Source of the DNA: Elusimicrobia bacterium HGW-Elusimicrobia-2
GTDB lineage: Bacteria > CG03
Assembly (NCBI GenBank): GCA_002841685.1
Contig: PHAM01000001.1
Location: forward strand, 7,086-71,085
Length of the DNA: 64,000 nucleotides
Reading direction: 5' to 3'
The stretch's first letter is position 1, and each line of letters starts with the position of its first letter. The position numbers were made by a program, and so were the translations under genes. The notes under the pieces are model-generated. The model was not told where the DNA came from, did no database searches, and saw nothing but the letters and a program-made list of their open reading frames with translations. Below, one piece after another: positions 56,331 to 64,000 of the stretch.

Positions 56331-57271
56331 TTAAGGCCCCTCAGAAGAAAATGCAGTATCGCCTTCTGGAGATGCATCCTGTTGTGCGCCTGCGCGAACA
56401 CTATAGAGTTGGAAGAGTCCATCACCTCGTCGGTGAGTTCCTGTCCCCTGCGCGCAGGAAGACAATGCATCACGGACACATTTGCCGAAGCCTTGTCCAG
56501 CAGTTCTCTGTTCACCTGATACCTGCCGAAAAGTTTTTTTCTCTCCGCCTCTTCACCCTCATCGCCCATACTGGCCCACACATCGGTGTAAATAAATTCG
56601 GCGTCTTTCATGTATCCGGGGTCTATCTCGCTGGACGAATAAATGCCCTGATTCACTTTTTTGACAGCTTCAAATTCAGACTCGTCAAACATGAATTTCT
56701 CAGGACAGATAATTCCGAATCTGTATCTGATTATTCCCGAAAGGTTGAGAAGTGACCGGCTCACATTGTTGGAGTCCCCCACGAATACCAGTTTGACTTT
56801 GCTGAAGTCGAAATCAAGAACGCTTTTTTCATCCAGCCCCTTTTTCTCACAGACCGTGAAAATATCCGCCAGCGCCTGACAGGGATGGAAGGATTTTGAA
56901 AGGCCGTTTATCACCGGCACGGAACTGTATTTCGCCAGGCCCTGCACATCTGAATCGCTCGTCGAGCGTATCATTATTACATCCACATAACCGGAAAGAG
57001 TTTGAGCCGTGTCGCCCACTGTTTCTCCGCGTGAAAGCTGCAGCTCGTTTCCGGAAAGATTTATAGCCCTTCCGCCGAGCTGATACATTCCCGCCTCAAA
57101 AGATACCCTTGTCCTCGTGGAGGGCTTCTGGAATATCATGGCCAGGATTTTTCCCTTCAGCGCGCCGGCATATTCACTCTGATTTTTCTTTATCCTGAAA
57201 GCGAGCGCGAAAAGTTCCCGCACCTCGTTTTCGCTAAGATCCGTCACCTCAACAATATCTCTTTTTTTCAT
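56327..57271 (-). CDS. argF: Ornithine carbamoyltransferase (canonical)
   Basis: 'STRTRVSFE', 'HPCQALAD', 'DVWASMG', 'HCLPARRG' canonical OTCase motifs; 314 aa. Confidence 0.85.
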   Translation of the reverse strand: MKKRDIVEVTDLSENEVRELFALAFRIKKNQSEYAGALKGKILAMIFQKPSTRTRVSFEAGMYQLGGRAINLSGNELQLSRGETVGDTAQTLSGYVDVIMIRSTSDSDVQGLAKYSSVPVINGLSKSFHPCQALADIFTVCEKKGLDEKSVLDFDFSKVKLVFVGDSNNVSRSLLNLSGIIRYRFGIICPEKFMFDESEFEAVKKVNQGIYSSSEIDPGYMKDAEFIYTDVWASMGDEGEEAERKKLFGRYQVNRELLDKASANVSVMHCLPARRGQELTDEVMDSSNSIVFAQAHNRMHLQKAILHFLLRGLK

Positions 57272-57392
57272 TTTCTCTTAAACCCCTTCTGTTTTCCGAG
57301 CCAATTCTATTTATGATTTCACTTTACAAAGCCCCACCCCTGTCATTTCGAGCGAAGCGAGAAATCTAAAATGCTTCTTAGCGCGAACTCAT

Positions 57393-58160
57393 TTATTCTT
57401 CCTCAAACGCGACTATGCGGCAGATGCACGATTCCCCGCCCTGAAATCTCCAGGGGAAACAACCTATTGTCGTGCGCTTGTTAAGAAGCTTGTCAACTTC
57501 TCCTCCTATATTCTCGGCGTGAATAATCTCCTGCGGAAAAAGCCTCACATGCATAAGCTGATAATGGTCTTCCGGGAACATATTATCCAGGCTTTTGCCG
57601 TATTTCTTTTTAAGATATGTGTCGCATTTAACCGCTTCCTTCGGCATCCAGTCTTTTATTTTTGTGTTCATGGGATGATCCGCAGAACCGCAGTCAACGC
57701 CCAGCCATTTCAGTTTCTTTTTCTCGCACCACTCGGCGAACTCCATCATCGGCCCGGGATGCCTGACCATATATCTCACCTCGTCGGCTTCCGGCTGGTC
57801 CCATGCGTATTTGTGATAGCCCGTGTTGATTATAACGATATCTCCTTCCTTCACTTCAACCCTGTCCTCAATATCTTTTGAGGTGTATATCCCGTAATCC
57901 TCGGCTATATCCGAAAGATCCACGATGACGCCGGGGCCGTAAAGAAAGCCGTTCAAAGGCAGGGAAGCTATGTCCTTGCCATGAGTGCAGAAATGCAGCG
58001 GGCCGTCCAGATGTGTGCCGACATGATTGGAATGGGTCAGCAGCTGGCCGTTGGCGCCGTTGGGCGCGAGCCTCTTGAAGAATTTGATCTGCAGGGGTTC
58101 GTAAGTCGGCCAGGCCGGAGTCAGATGACTGATGGGCTGAGATAAATCGTAAAGTTTCAT
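57393..58160 (-). CDS. Cyclase-family protein (kynurenine formamidase-like metal-dependent hydrolase)
   Basis: 'HSNHVGTHLDGPLHF' motif characteristic of the putative cyclase/arylformamidase family; start at ATG 58160 with GGAGG RBS. Confidence 0.75.
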   Translation of the reverse strand: MKLYDLSQPISHLTPAWPTYEPLQIKFFKRLAPNGANGQLLTHSNHVGTHLDGPLHFCTHGKDIASLPLNGFLYGPGVIVDLSDIAEDYGIYTSKDIEDRVEVKEGDIVIINTGYHKYAWDQPEADEVRYMVRHPGPMMEFAEWCEKKKLKWLGVDCGSADHPMNTKIKDWMPKEAVKCDTYLKKKYGKSLDNMFPEDHYQLMHVRLFPQEIIHAENIGGEVDKLLNKRTTIGCFPWRFQGGESCICRIVAFEEE

Positions 58161-58359
58161 AATATTTCCTCCATAGCGGGACAGTATAGCTCTCCCTAAC
58201 ACTACCAAAAGCATATTCCCGCGATTATATCATATGCGCGCTGTTTTTTCCAAATAAAAATTTACTTGGCTACAATGATACTAAGGGAAAAAGTGTATGA
58301 TATCCTCAAGTTTTGCCATGAAGAGCATTGTGAGAATATAAGGCAAGCACCGCGGATGG

Positions 58360-58436
58360 TATCCGGCGGGGCTCTATGAGCGAGGGCTTAACCCCGTTCC
58401 CGAAGCGAATTGAGAGCGAACCTCATACGTGAGCGT
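58360..58436 (+). repeat. ~78-nt conserved intergenic element, copy B (copy A at 25541..25618; partial copy 57346..57393)
   Basis: TATCCGG-GGGC-TATGAGCGAGG...CGAAGCGAATTG-GAGCGAACC-CATACGTGAGCG shared with 25541-25618 at ~75% identity with co-varying GGAG/CTCC vs GGG/CCC stem. Confidence 0.6.
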
Positions 58437-58564
58437 CCCCGACGAATATCTCCGGGGTGATTGCTTATGGCAGAATTTCAGTTAGTGTTCTGAAAGAAAG
58501 CTTCTGCGTGGAATTTATGATATAATAAAGTTTGTGATTATCGTTTACCGTGAAAGGGGAAAAT

Positions 58565-59401
58565 ATGGTTGAAATAGGAAATTTCAATAAATTGAAAGTG
58601 GTGAAACATGTGGATTTCGGCGTCTATCTCGCCGGCGGCGAGCTGGGCGAGATACTCATGCCCATAAGATATGTGAGCGAGGGATGCAAAGACGGCGATA
58701 TCGTCGAGGTTTTCGTGTACAGGGACTCCGAAGACCGCGTCATAGCGACAACCGAACAGCCCCTCGCACGGATAGAGGAATTCGCTTTTCTGAAAGCCGT
58801 CACGGTCAACAACATAGGGGCTTTCCTCGACTGGGGCCTGATGAAAGATCTCTTCGTGCCCTTCCGCGAACAGGAAAAGAAGATGGAGGAAGGAAAATCC
58901 TATGTCGTAAAAATATATCTGGACAAAAAAAGCGACCGCATCGCGGCGTCCTCCCGCCTCACCCGCTTCCTTGACCAGTCATCCGCCGATTACAAAGAGG
59001 GACAGAGCGTAGAGCTGCTGGTGTGCGGAGCCACCGAACTCGGCTACAAAGCCGTGATAAACAGCTCTCACATGGGAATAATATATAAAAACGAGGTTTT
59101 CCGCCCCCTGCACATAGGAGACAGGACAGCGGGCTTCATCAAAAAAATAAGGGAAGACGGAAAAATAGACCTCAGCCTGCAGGAAGCCGGCCACGAAAGA
59201 ATAGGCCCAGCCGCGGAAATTATCATATCAAAAATAAAAGAAGCCGGCGGTTTCCTGCCGGTAACGGACAAGAGCGAACCCGAGATCATCTACACGATCT
59301 TCGGCATGAGCAAAAAAGTTTACAAAAAGGCCTGCGGCACGCTTTACAAAAAGCGGCTGATCATAATTGACAAAAAAGGCCTGAAATTGAACTCGGCTTA
59401 A
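58565..59401 (+). CDS. CvfB/YitL-family S1-like RNA-binding protein
   Basis: N-terminus 'EIGNFNKLKVVKHVDFGVYL' and repeated S1-like segments typical of CvfB; start at ATG 58565 with AGGGGA RBS. Confidence 0.75.
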   Translation: MVEIGNFNKLKVVKHVDFGVYLAGGELGEILMPIRYVSEGCKDGDIVEVFVYRDSEDRVIATTEQPLARIEEFAFLKAVTVNNIGAFLDWGLMKDLFVPFREQEKKMEEGKSYVVKIYLDKKSDRIAASSRLTRFLDQSSADYKEGQSVELLVCGATELGYKAVINSSHMGIIYKNEVFRPLHIGDRTAGFIKKIREDGKIDLSLQEAGHERIGPAAEIIISKIKEAGGFLPVTDKSEPEIIYTIFGMSKKVYKKACGTLYKKRLIIIDKKGLKLNSA

Positions 59402-59997
59402 AGTTCTTTCAGAAGTTTTTTAACCTCTTTTATTTTTTTGCTGTCCGGATATTTTTTTATAAACCCCTCTGTTGCTTTTTTCGCGCTGTCCTTGTCTTTG
59501 TTCAGGATGTACGCTATACACAAACTGTAATCCGCTTTTTCTTTAAGAGAACTCTCCGGATATTTCCCTGAGAAATCATTTAAAAGCTCTATCGCTGAAG
59601 CGTTTCTCCCTGATTTCATTTCAATGCCCGCGAGCCTGACATACGAAAGCTCCGCCCACCATGTGAGGGAATAATTCTTGATGATGGCCTTGAATTCATC
59701 TTCGGCTTTTTGGGTGATTTCGTTTTCAAGCAGACTCTGCGCTTTCAGATACAAGATCGCGGCGTCTTCATCCGCATCGTCCTCTTCGCCTGCCTCGTCA
59801 CCGTCTTCCGCTTCTTTCAAGTCAGCTTTCTCCGTGATTTTTTCCGTTCCTTTCCCATCTTCTTTCACTTCGGCTTTTTCCGCGGTGTTCTCCGGAGATT
59901 TGATCACCGATTCCGGCTCCTCGGCTTTAACAGCCGCGGCGCTGAAAAACAGGCACACGGCAAACACAACCGACAAAACAAAAACGACTTTTTTCAT
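59398..59997 (-). CDS. Secreted TPR-containing protein (YbgF/CpoB-like) with acidic low-complexity linker
   Basis: Signal peptide, Glu/Asp/Lys-rich region, C-terminal TPR-like helices. Confidence 0.45.
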   Translation of the reverse strand: MKKVVFVLSVVFAVCLFFSAAAVKAEEPESVIKSPENTAEKAEVKEDGKGTEKITEKADLKEAEDGDEAGEEDDADEDAAILYLKAQSLLENEITQKAEDEFKAIIKNYSLTWWAELSYVRLAGIEMKSGRNASAIELLNDFSGKYPESSLKEKADYSLCIAYILNKDKDSAKKATEGFIKKYPDSKKIKEVKKLLKEL

Positions 59998-60050
59998 ACT
60001 TTCCCCCTATCTTATTTCTTCTTACTTGATAACACTTGCTTTTGCGCCTG

Positions 60051-63000
60051 TCAGGATTCTATTTTCCAGCAGTCTTCGCCGAATTTATCCTCAAGCCCGT
60101 TGAGGAATTTTGAATCTATTGTAACACCGATATCCGTGGCCCAGCGCCATTTCCCGCGTTTTTTTGTGTGCAGAACGAATGACACCTGTGTGTTGCCGGG
60201 ATATTTTTTGAGTTCTTTGACGACCCCGTTGATGTATTTTTCATCAAGGCCGGCGGTGCTCATATATATCTTGAGCTTTTTCGGTATTTTCCTGAAGGCC
60301 TCTTTCGCCGAATAGAACTTCTCGCCGAAAAATCTTTTCCCCGAGGCCGCTTCGGTAATGGAGCCTTTAACGGCTATTATACTGTCTTCCTTTATCTCGG
60401 GCATGTCCGGCGGCAGCTTGTCCTTATATCCCACCAGCTCAAGGACACCCGTGAGGTCTTCCAGCTTGATGACGAACATATCCTTCCCTTTTTTCGTTTT
60501 CAGGTTTTTCACTTCTTTGACGATGCCCGTCAGCGTGTGATCGGCCACACCGCTCTTCTCGAGTCCGGCCAGCGTAGATGTCCTGAAATAACGGAAATAT
60601 TTCTCGTACCGTGTGAGAGGATGGCCCGTAAAATAAAAACCCAGCGCCTCTTTCTCGTATTTGAGTTTCTGTGTCTCCGTCACCTCGCCTTTCAGTTCAA
60701 CGGCCGCCGGCGGCTGGGCGAAAAGGCTCTCCTGCCCCGACAATTTGTCCCTGTTGGCGCTCTCGGCCGAGGCCATCATCATATCCAGTGATTCTATAAT
60801 GCCCCCGCTGTCGCGCGAAAGGCCCCAGCATGCGCCGGCTTTAACAAGGAATTCCGCCATCCTCTTGTTGAAAGAAGTGAGAGCCACCGCCCGGGCGATA
60901 AAATCGTTAAAATCTTTGAATTTGCCGTTCTTATTCCTGTCAGCCACGAGATCCCCGCAGGCCTTTTCGCCCGTGTTCTTCACCGCGAGCAAGCCGAATA
61001 TGATCGTCTTATCGCCGTGAGAACTGAAATACACATCGCTGGCGTTTATGTCCGCCGGCTTTACCCCGATACCCAGCCGCTCGCACTCGGCCAGATAGGG
61101 TGAGAGTTTCTTCTCGTCCCCTATCACGGAATTGAGCAGCGCCGTCATGAACTCAAGAGGGAAATTTGTTTTCAGATAAGCGGTCTGGTAGGAGATCAGC
61201 GCGTAAGCGGTGGAGTGGCTCTTGTTAAAACCGTATTCGCCGAAATGAACCAGCGTGTCAAATATATCACCCGCAAGCTTCTCGGGGATCTTGTTAGCGG
61301 CGCAGCCTTTCATAAAATCTTCTTTCTGCGCCTCGAGCACGGCCATTATCTTCTTGCCCATGGCCTTTCTCAGCACATCCGCCTTGGCGAGCGAGAATCC
61401 GGCCAGGGCCCTGGCTATGAGCATCACCTGCTCCTGATAGAGTATTACACCGTATGTCTCCTCGAGGATATCCTTGAGGAGCGGGTGCGGATACTCATAA
61501 GCGCGCAGGCCGTTTTTCCTCTCAATGAATTCATCGACCATTCCCGACTTCATGGGGCCGGGGCGGTAGAGCGCCAGCACCGCGCTCAGGTCGGTGAAGA
61601 GCGTCGGCTTCATCTTCCTCAGCACATCCCTCATGCCCTCGCTCTCCACCTGGAATATCCCCACCGTCCGGGCCCGGGAGAGCATCTGAAACGTTTTCTT
61701 ATCGTCGCGTGGAAGATTATTGAGATCTATTTTTATCTTCTTGTTCCTGTAAACATCCGAAACCGCGTCCTGTATGACCGTGAGGGTTTTAAGGCCGAGA
61801 AAATCAACCTTGAGCAGGCCCATTCTCGTCAGATAATCCCCGTCATACTGCGTTATGAGGCCGTTTTTCGACCGGGCAAGCGGCACAAAATCGCTGATCT
61901 CTCCCGGCGTTATCACGACCCCCGCGGCGTGCACTCCGAAATGCCGCTTCCTCCCCTCTATGCGGCTGGCGTTCAGGAGCAGCTCTTTCAGCTTAGGCTT
62001 GGCCGCTGTGATCTTTTTAATGTCGCCGCTGCTGTCCATCGCCGTCTTTATGTCATCGCCCGGAGGAATGAGTTTTGTCAGGATGTCGCATTCTTTTAAA
62101 TCTATGCCCATGACGCGGCCCACGTCGCGTATCGCGCCCTTGGCCAGCATCTTGTTGTATGTTATGATCTGTCCGACGGAATCCTCTCCGTATTTCCCTT
62201 TTACGTAATCCACGACCTCAAGCCGGCGCGCCTCCTCAAAATCAATATCCAGATCGGGCATGCTTATCCTTCCGGGATTGAGGAACCTCTCAAAAAGAAG
62301 ATCGTATTTCAGGGGGTCTATGTCGGTTATGTTGAGAAGATACGCCACGATGCTGCCCGCGCCGGAACCCCTGCCCGGACCGACGGCGATGCCCTGCTTG
62401 CGGGCGTAATTAATGAAGTCCCATACGATGAGAAAATATGACGAGAAACCCATATTCTTTATGACTTCCAGCTCCATCCCCATCCTCTCCGTGACGGCTT
62501 TTGTCTTTTTTCCGTAGCGGGCCTTGATTCCTTTTTCACAAAGGCTGGACAGATAGGTGAAGGAATCAAAACCCTTAGGGGGCTCGTAAGCGGGGAGCCT
62601 CAACTGCTCAAAATCTATCACGACATTGCACTTTTCCGCGATAGCCAGCGTCGTGTTCAGCGCCTCCGGCACTTCCCTGAATATCTCAAACATCTCGTCG
62701 CCGCTCTTGAGATAGAATTCCTGCGTCGGGAGCTTGAGCCTTTTGGGGTCGTCAAGGGTGCTGCGTGTGCCGATCGCCAGAGCTATGTCCTGCACCGCCG
62801 CGTCATTCTTAAGAGAGTAATGCACATCGTTTGTGGCCACGGTTTTGATATCCAGCCGCCTCGCCAGCTCGATGAGGTCTTTCATCACGGCTTTCTGCTC
62901 GGCCATACCGTTGTCCATGAGCTCTATGTAAAAGTTATCGCCGAAGATATCCTTCATCTTTTTTGCCGACGCGAGAGCGTCTTCAAACCTGTCATTCCTG

Positions 63001-63464
63001 AGAGAATTTGCCACCTCTCCCTGCAGACAGCCGCTCAACACGACAAGCCCCTCGCTGTGCTGTTCAAGGATGGCCTTGTCTATGCGCGGCCGGTAATAAA
63101 AACCTTTGCTGTATGAATAGGAGCTGAGCTTGGTGAGGTTCCTGAAACCCGTGTCATTTCTGGAGAGAACCGTGAGATGATAATTTTTCCTCGCGTAAGT
63201 GGCCTTCGTGTCCGTGGCGTCGGCGCCGGTGGCAAGATAGAATTCACTGCCGAGAATGGGCTTGAGATTTGCTTTGTGACAGGTCTGGTAGAACTCCGGC
63301 ACGCCGAACATATTCCCGTGATCCGTTATCGCCAGCGCCTTCATGGAGTTGGCCTGCGCCGCCAGAAGGAGGTCGCCGGGATTGCCCTTGTTATCGACTA
63401 TCTGCGAAACGCCGTCAAGCAGGCTGTACTCCGTGTGCACATGCAAATGAACAAATTCTCTCAT
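60051..63464 (-). CDS. dnaE: DNA polymerase III alpha subunit
   Basis: PHP domain 'FVHLHVHTEYSLLDG', polymerase core and OB fold; 1137 aa. Confidence 0.95.
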   Translation of the reverse strand: MREFVHLHVHTEYSLLDGVSQIVDNKGNPGDLLLAAQANSMKALAITDHGNMFGVPEFYQTCHKANLKPILGSEFYLATGADATDTKATYARKNYHLTVLSRNDTGFRNLTKLSSYSYSKGFYYRPRIDKAILEQHSEGLVVLSGCLQGEVANSLRNDRFEDALASAKKMKDIFGDNFYIELMDNGMAEQKAVMKDLIELARRLDIKTVATNDVHYSLKNDAAVQDIALAIGTRSTLDDPKRLKLPTQEFYLKSGDEMFEIFREVPEALNTTLAIAEKCNVVIDFEQLRLPAYEPPKGFDSFTYLSSLCEKGIKARYGKKTKAVTERMGMELEVIKNMGFSSYFLIVWDFINYARKQGIAVGPGRGSGAGSIVAYLLNITDIDPLKYDLLFERFLNPGRISMPDLDIDFEEARRLEVVDYVKGKYGEDSVGQIITYNKMLAKGAIRDVGRVMGIDLKECDILTKLIPPGDDIKTAMDSSGDIKKITAAKPKLKELLLNASRIEGRKRHFGVHAAGVVITPGEISDFVPLARSKNGLITQYDGDYLTRMGLLKVDFLGLKTLTVIQDAVSDVYRNKKIKIDLNNLPRDDKKTFQMLSRARTVGIFQVESEGMRDVLRKMKPTLFTDLSAVLALYRPGPMKSGMVDEFIERKNGLRAYEYPHPLLKDILEETYGVILYQEQVMLIARALAGFSLAKADVLRKAMGKKIMAVLEAQKEDFMKGCAANKIPEKLAGDIFDTLVHFGEYGFNKSHSTAYALISYQTAYLKTNFPLEFMTALLNSVIGDEKKLSPYLAECERLGIGVKPADINASDVYFSSHGDKTIIFGLLAVKNTGEKACGDLVADRNKNGKFKDFNDFIARAVALTSFNKRMAEFLVKAGACWGLSRDSGGIIESLDMMMASAESANRDKLSGQESLFAQPPAAVELKGEVTETQKLKYEKEALGFYFTGHPLTRYEKYFRYFRTSTLAGLEKSGVADHTLTGIVKEVKNLKTKKGKDMFVIKLEDLTGVLELVGYKDKLPPDMPEIKEDSIIAVKGSITEAASGKRFFGEKFYSAKEAFRKIPKKLKIYMSTAGLDEKYINGVVKELKKYPGNTQVSFVLHTKKRGKWRWATDIGVTIDSKFLNGLEDKFGEDCWKIES

Positions 63465-63670
63465 AATATCCCTTATATATACGAAAATATTTTCAAAATT
63501 ACCACATTTATCATTTTAACAGCAGCAGATTTGTCTATTGCGCGCATTTAGCAATTTCGCTAATGAGCTAAATACTTTTTACTCTATCTCCGCTATATAG
63601 CTTGGAGAAGGTGGGATTATGAAATGCTACCATTCTTACAAGGTTGGTATTTTTAAATCAAAAAGTTCTT

Positions 63671-63853
63671 TTATAGTTTTTGCAGAGCTTTCTTGAGTTC
63701 GGGGATATCCGTGGTAAGAGCGAACCTTATAAAACCTTCGCCGTGTAACCCGAAGCCGAGGCCGGGAGTCGCCACTATATTCTTGTCTTTGAGCAGATGC
63801 GCGGCGTATTTTATTGAAGATCTGTAGCCCCGGGAAAGAGGATCAATGCGCAT
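63671..63853 (-). pseudogene. C-terminal remnant (~55 aa) of a class I/II aminotransferase
   Basis: 'IVATPGLGFGLHGEGFIRFALTTDIPELKKAL' matches the extreme C-terminus of fold-type I aminotransferases; no upstream N-terminal part in any frame; overlaps the stop of a different upstream ORF fragment. Confidence 0.5.
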
Positions 63854-64000
63854 TCCCCTGCCCCTTTTTACTCCGGTTTTCTTTTGTTTGTTTTTTGATT
63901 TCTTCCAGATATTTTAAATCCTCAATGTCCTTTGGCCGTCCAGCGGCTTTCTTCATTTTAATAAGGTCATTCAATGAGGCAAAATATCCCTTCGTTTTGC

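Overview
This window is gene-dense bacterial chromosome of about 50-55% GC, with most genes on the minus strand. The organism cannot be named from sequence alone. A C-terminal T9SS sorting domain on a giant adhesin, a PorV/PorP-like porin, many TPR fusions, O-antigen-ligase-TPR proteins and a DUF2723-TPR protein suggest an uncultured FCB-superphylum-like lineage.

Left third (133-14609) is one long minus-strand array. It holds a Bat-like vWA module (DUF4175-like, vWA, DUF4159), a GT-C/DUF2723 membrane protein, a transglutaminase-like protein, Wzz, a DegT aminotransferase, UDP-glucuronate decarboxylase and UDP-glucose dehydrogenase, with a lone trpC translationally coupled on top.

Middle (16-33 kb) holds a 1848-aa FG-GAP/FN3 T9SS cargo protein with its partner outer-membrane barrel, HEAT/TPR/coiled-coil proteins, an MtaB-like methylthiotransferase, two tandem O-antigen-ligase-TPR proteins and a SAM methyltransferase.

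Right half holds queA, murF, an MFS transporter, a ferredoxin, tRNA-Ser(CGA), birA, nadC, ptsN-like EIIA and tRNA-Gly(GCC). After these come carbamate kinase and two tandem YgeW-family transcarbamylases directly downstream of ftsA-ftsQ-ddl. Further right are murB, an RnfC-like protein, a GAF-HD-GYP protein, a GT2, a canonical OTC, a cyclase, a CvfB-like S1 protein and dnaE.

The most striking feature is a roughly 4.9-kb AT-rich island inserted between murB and ddl inside the dcw cluster and flanked by 15-bp direct repeats. It carries an MmeI-family single-chain type IIG/IIL restriction-modification enzyme plus three uncharacterised ORFs, a candidate new defence cargo. Other leads are a roughly 78-nt intergenic element in two copies with compensatory stem changes, a partial duplication of the tRNA-Ser 3' end, a 160-bp imperfect palindrome, and an orphan 17-bp-stem terminator-like hairpin.
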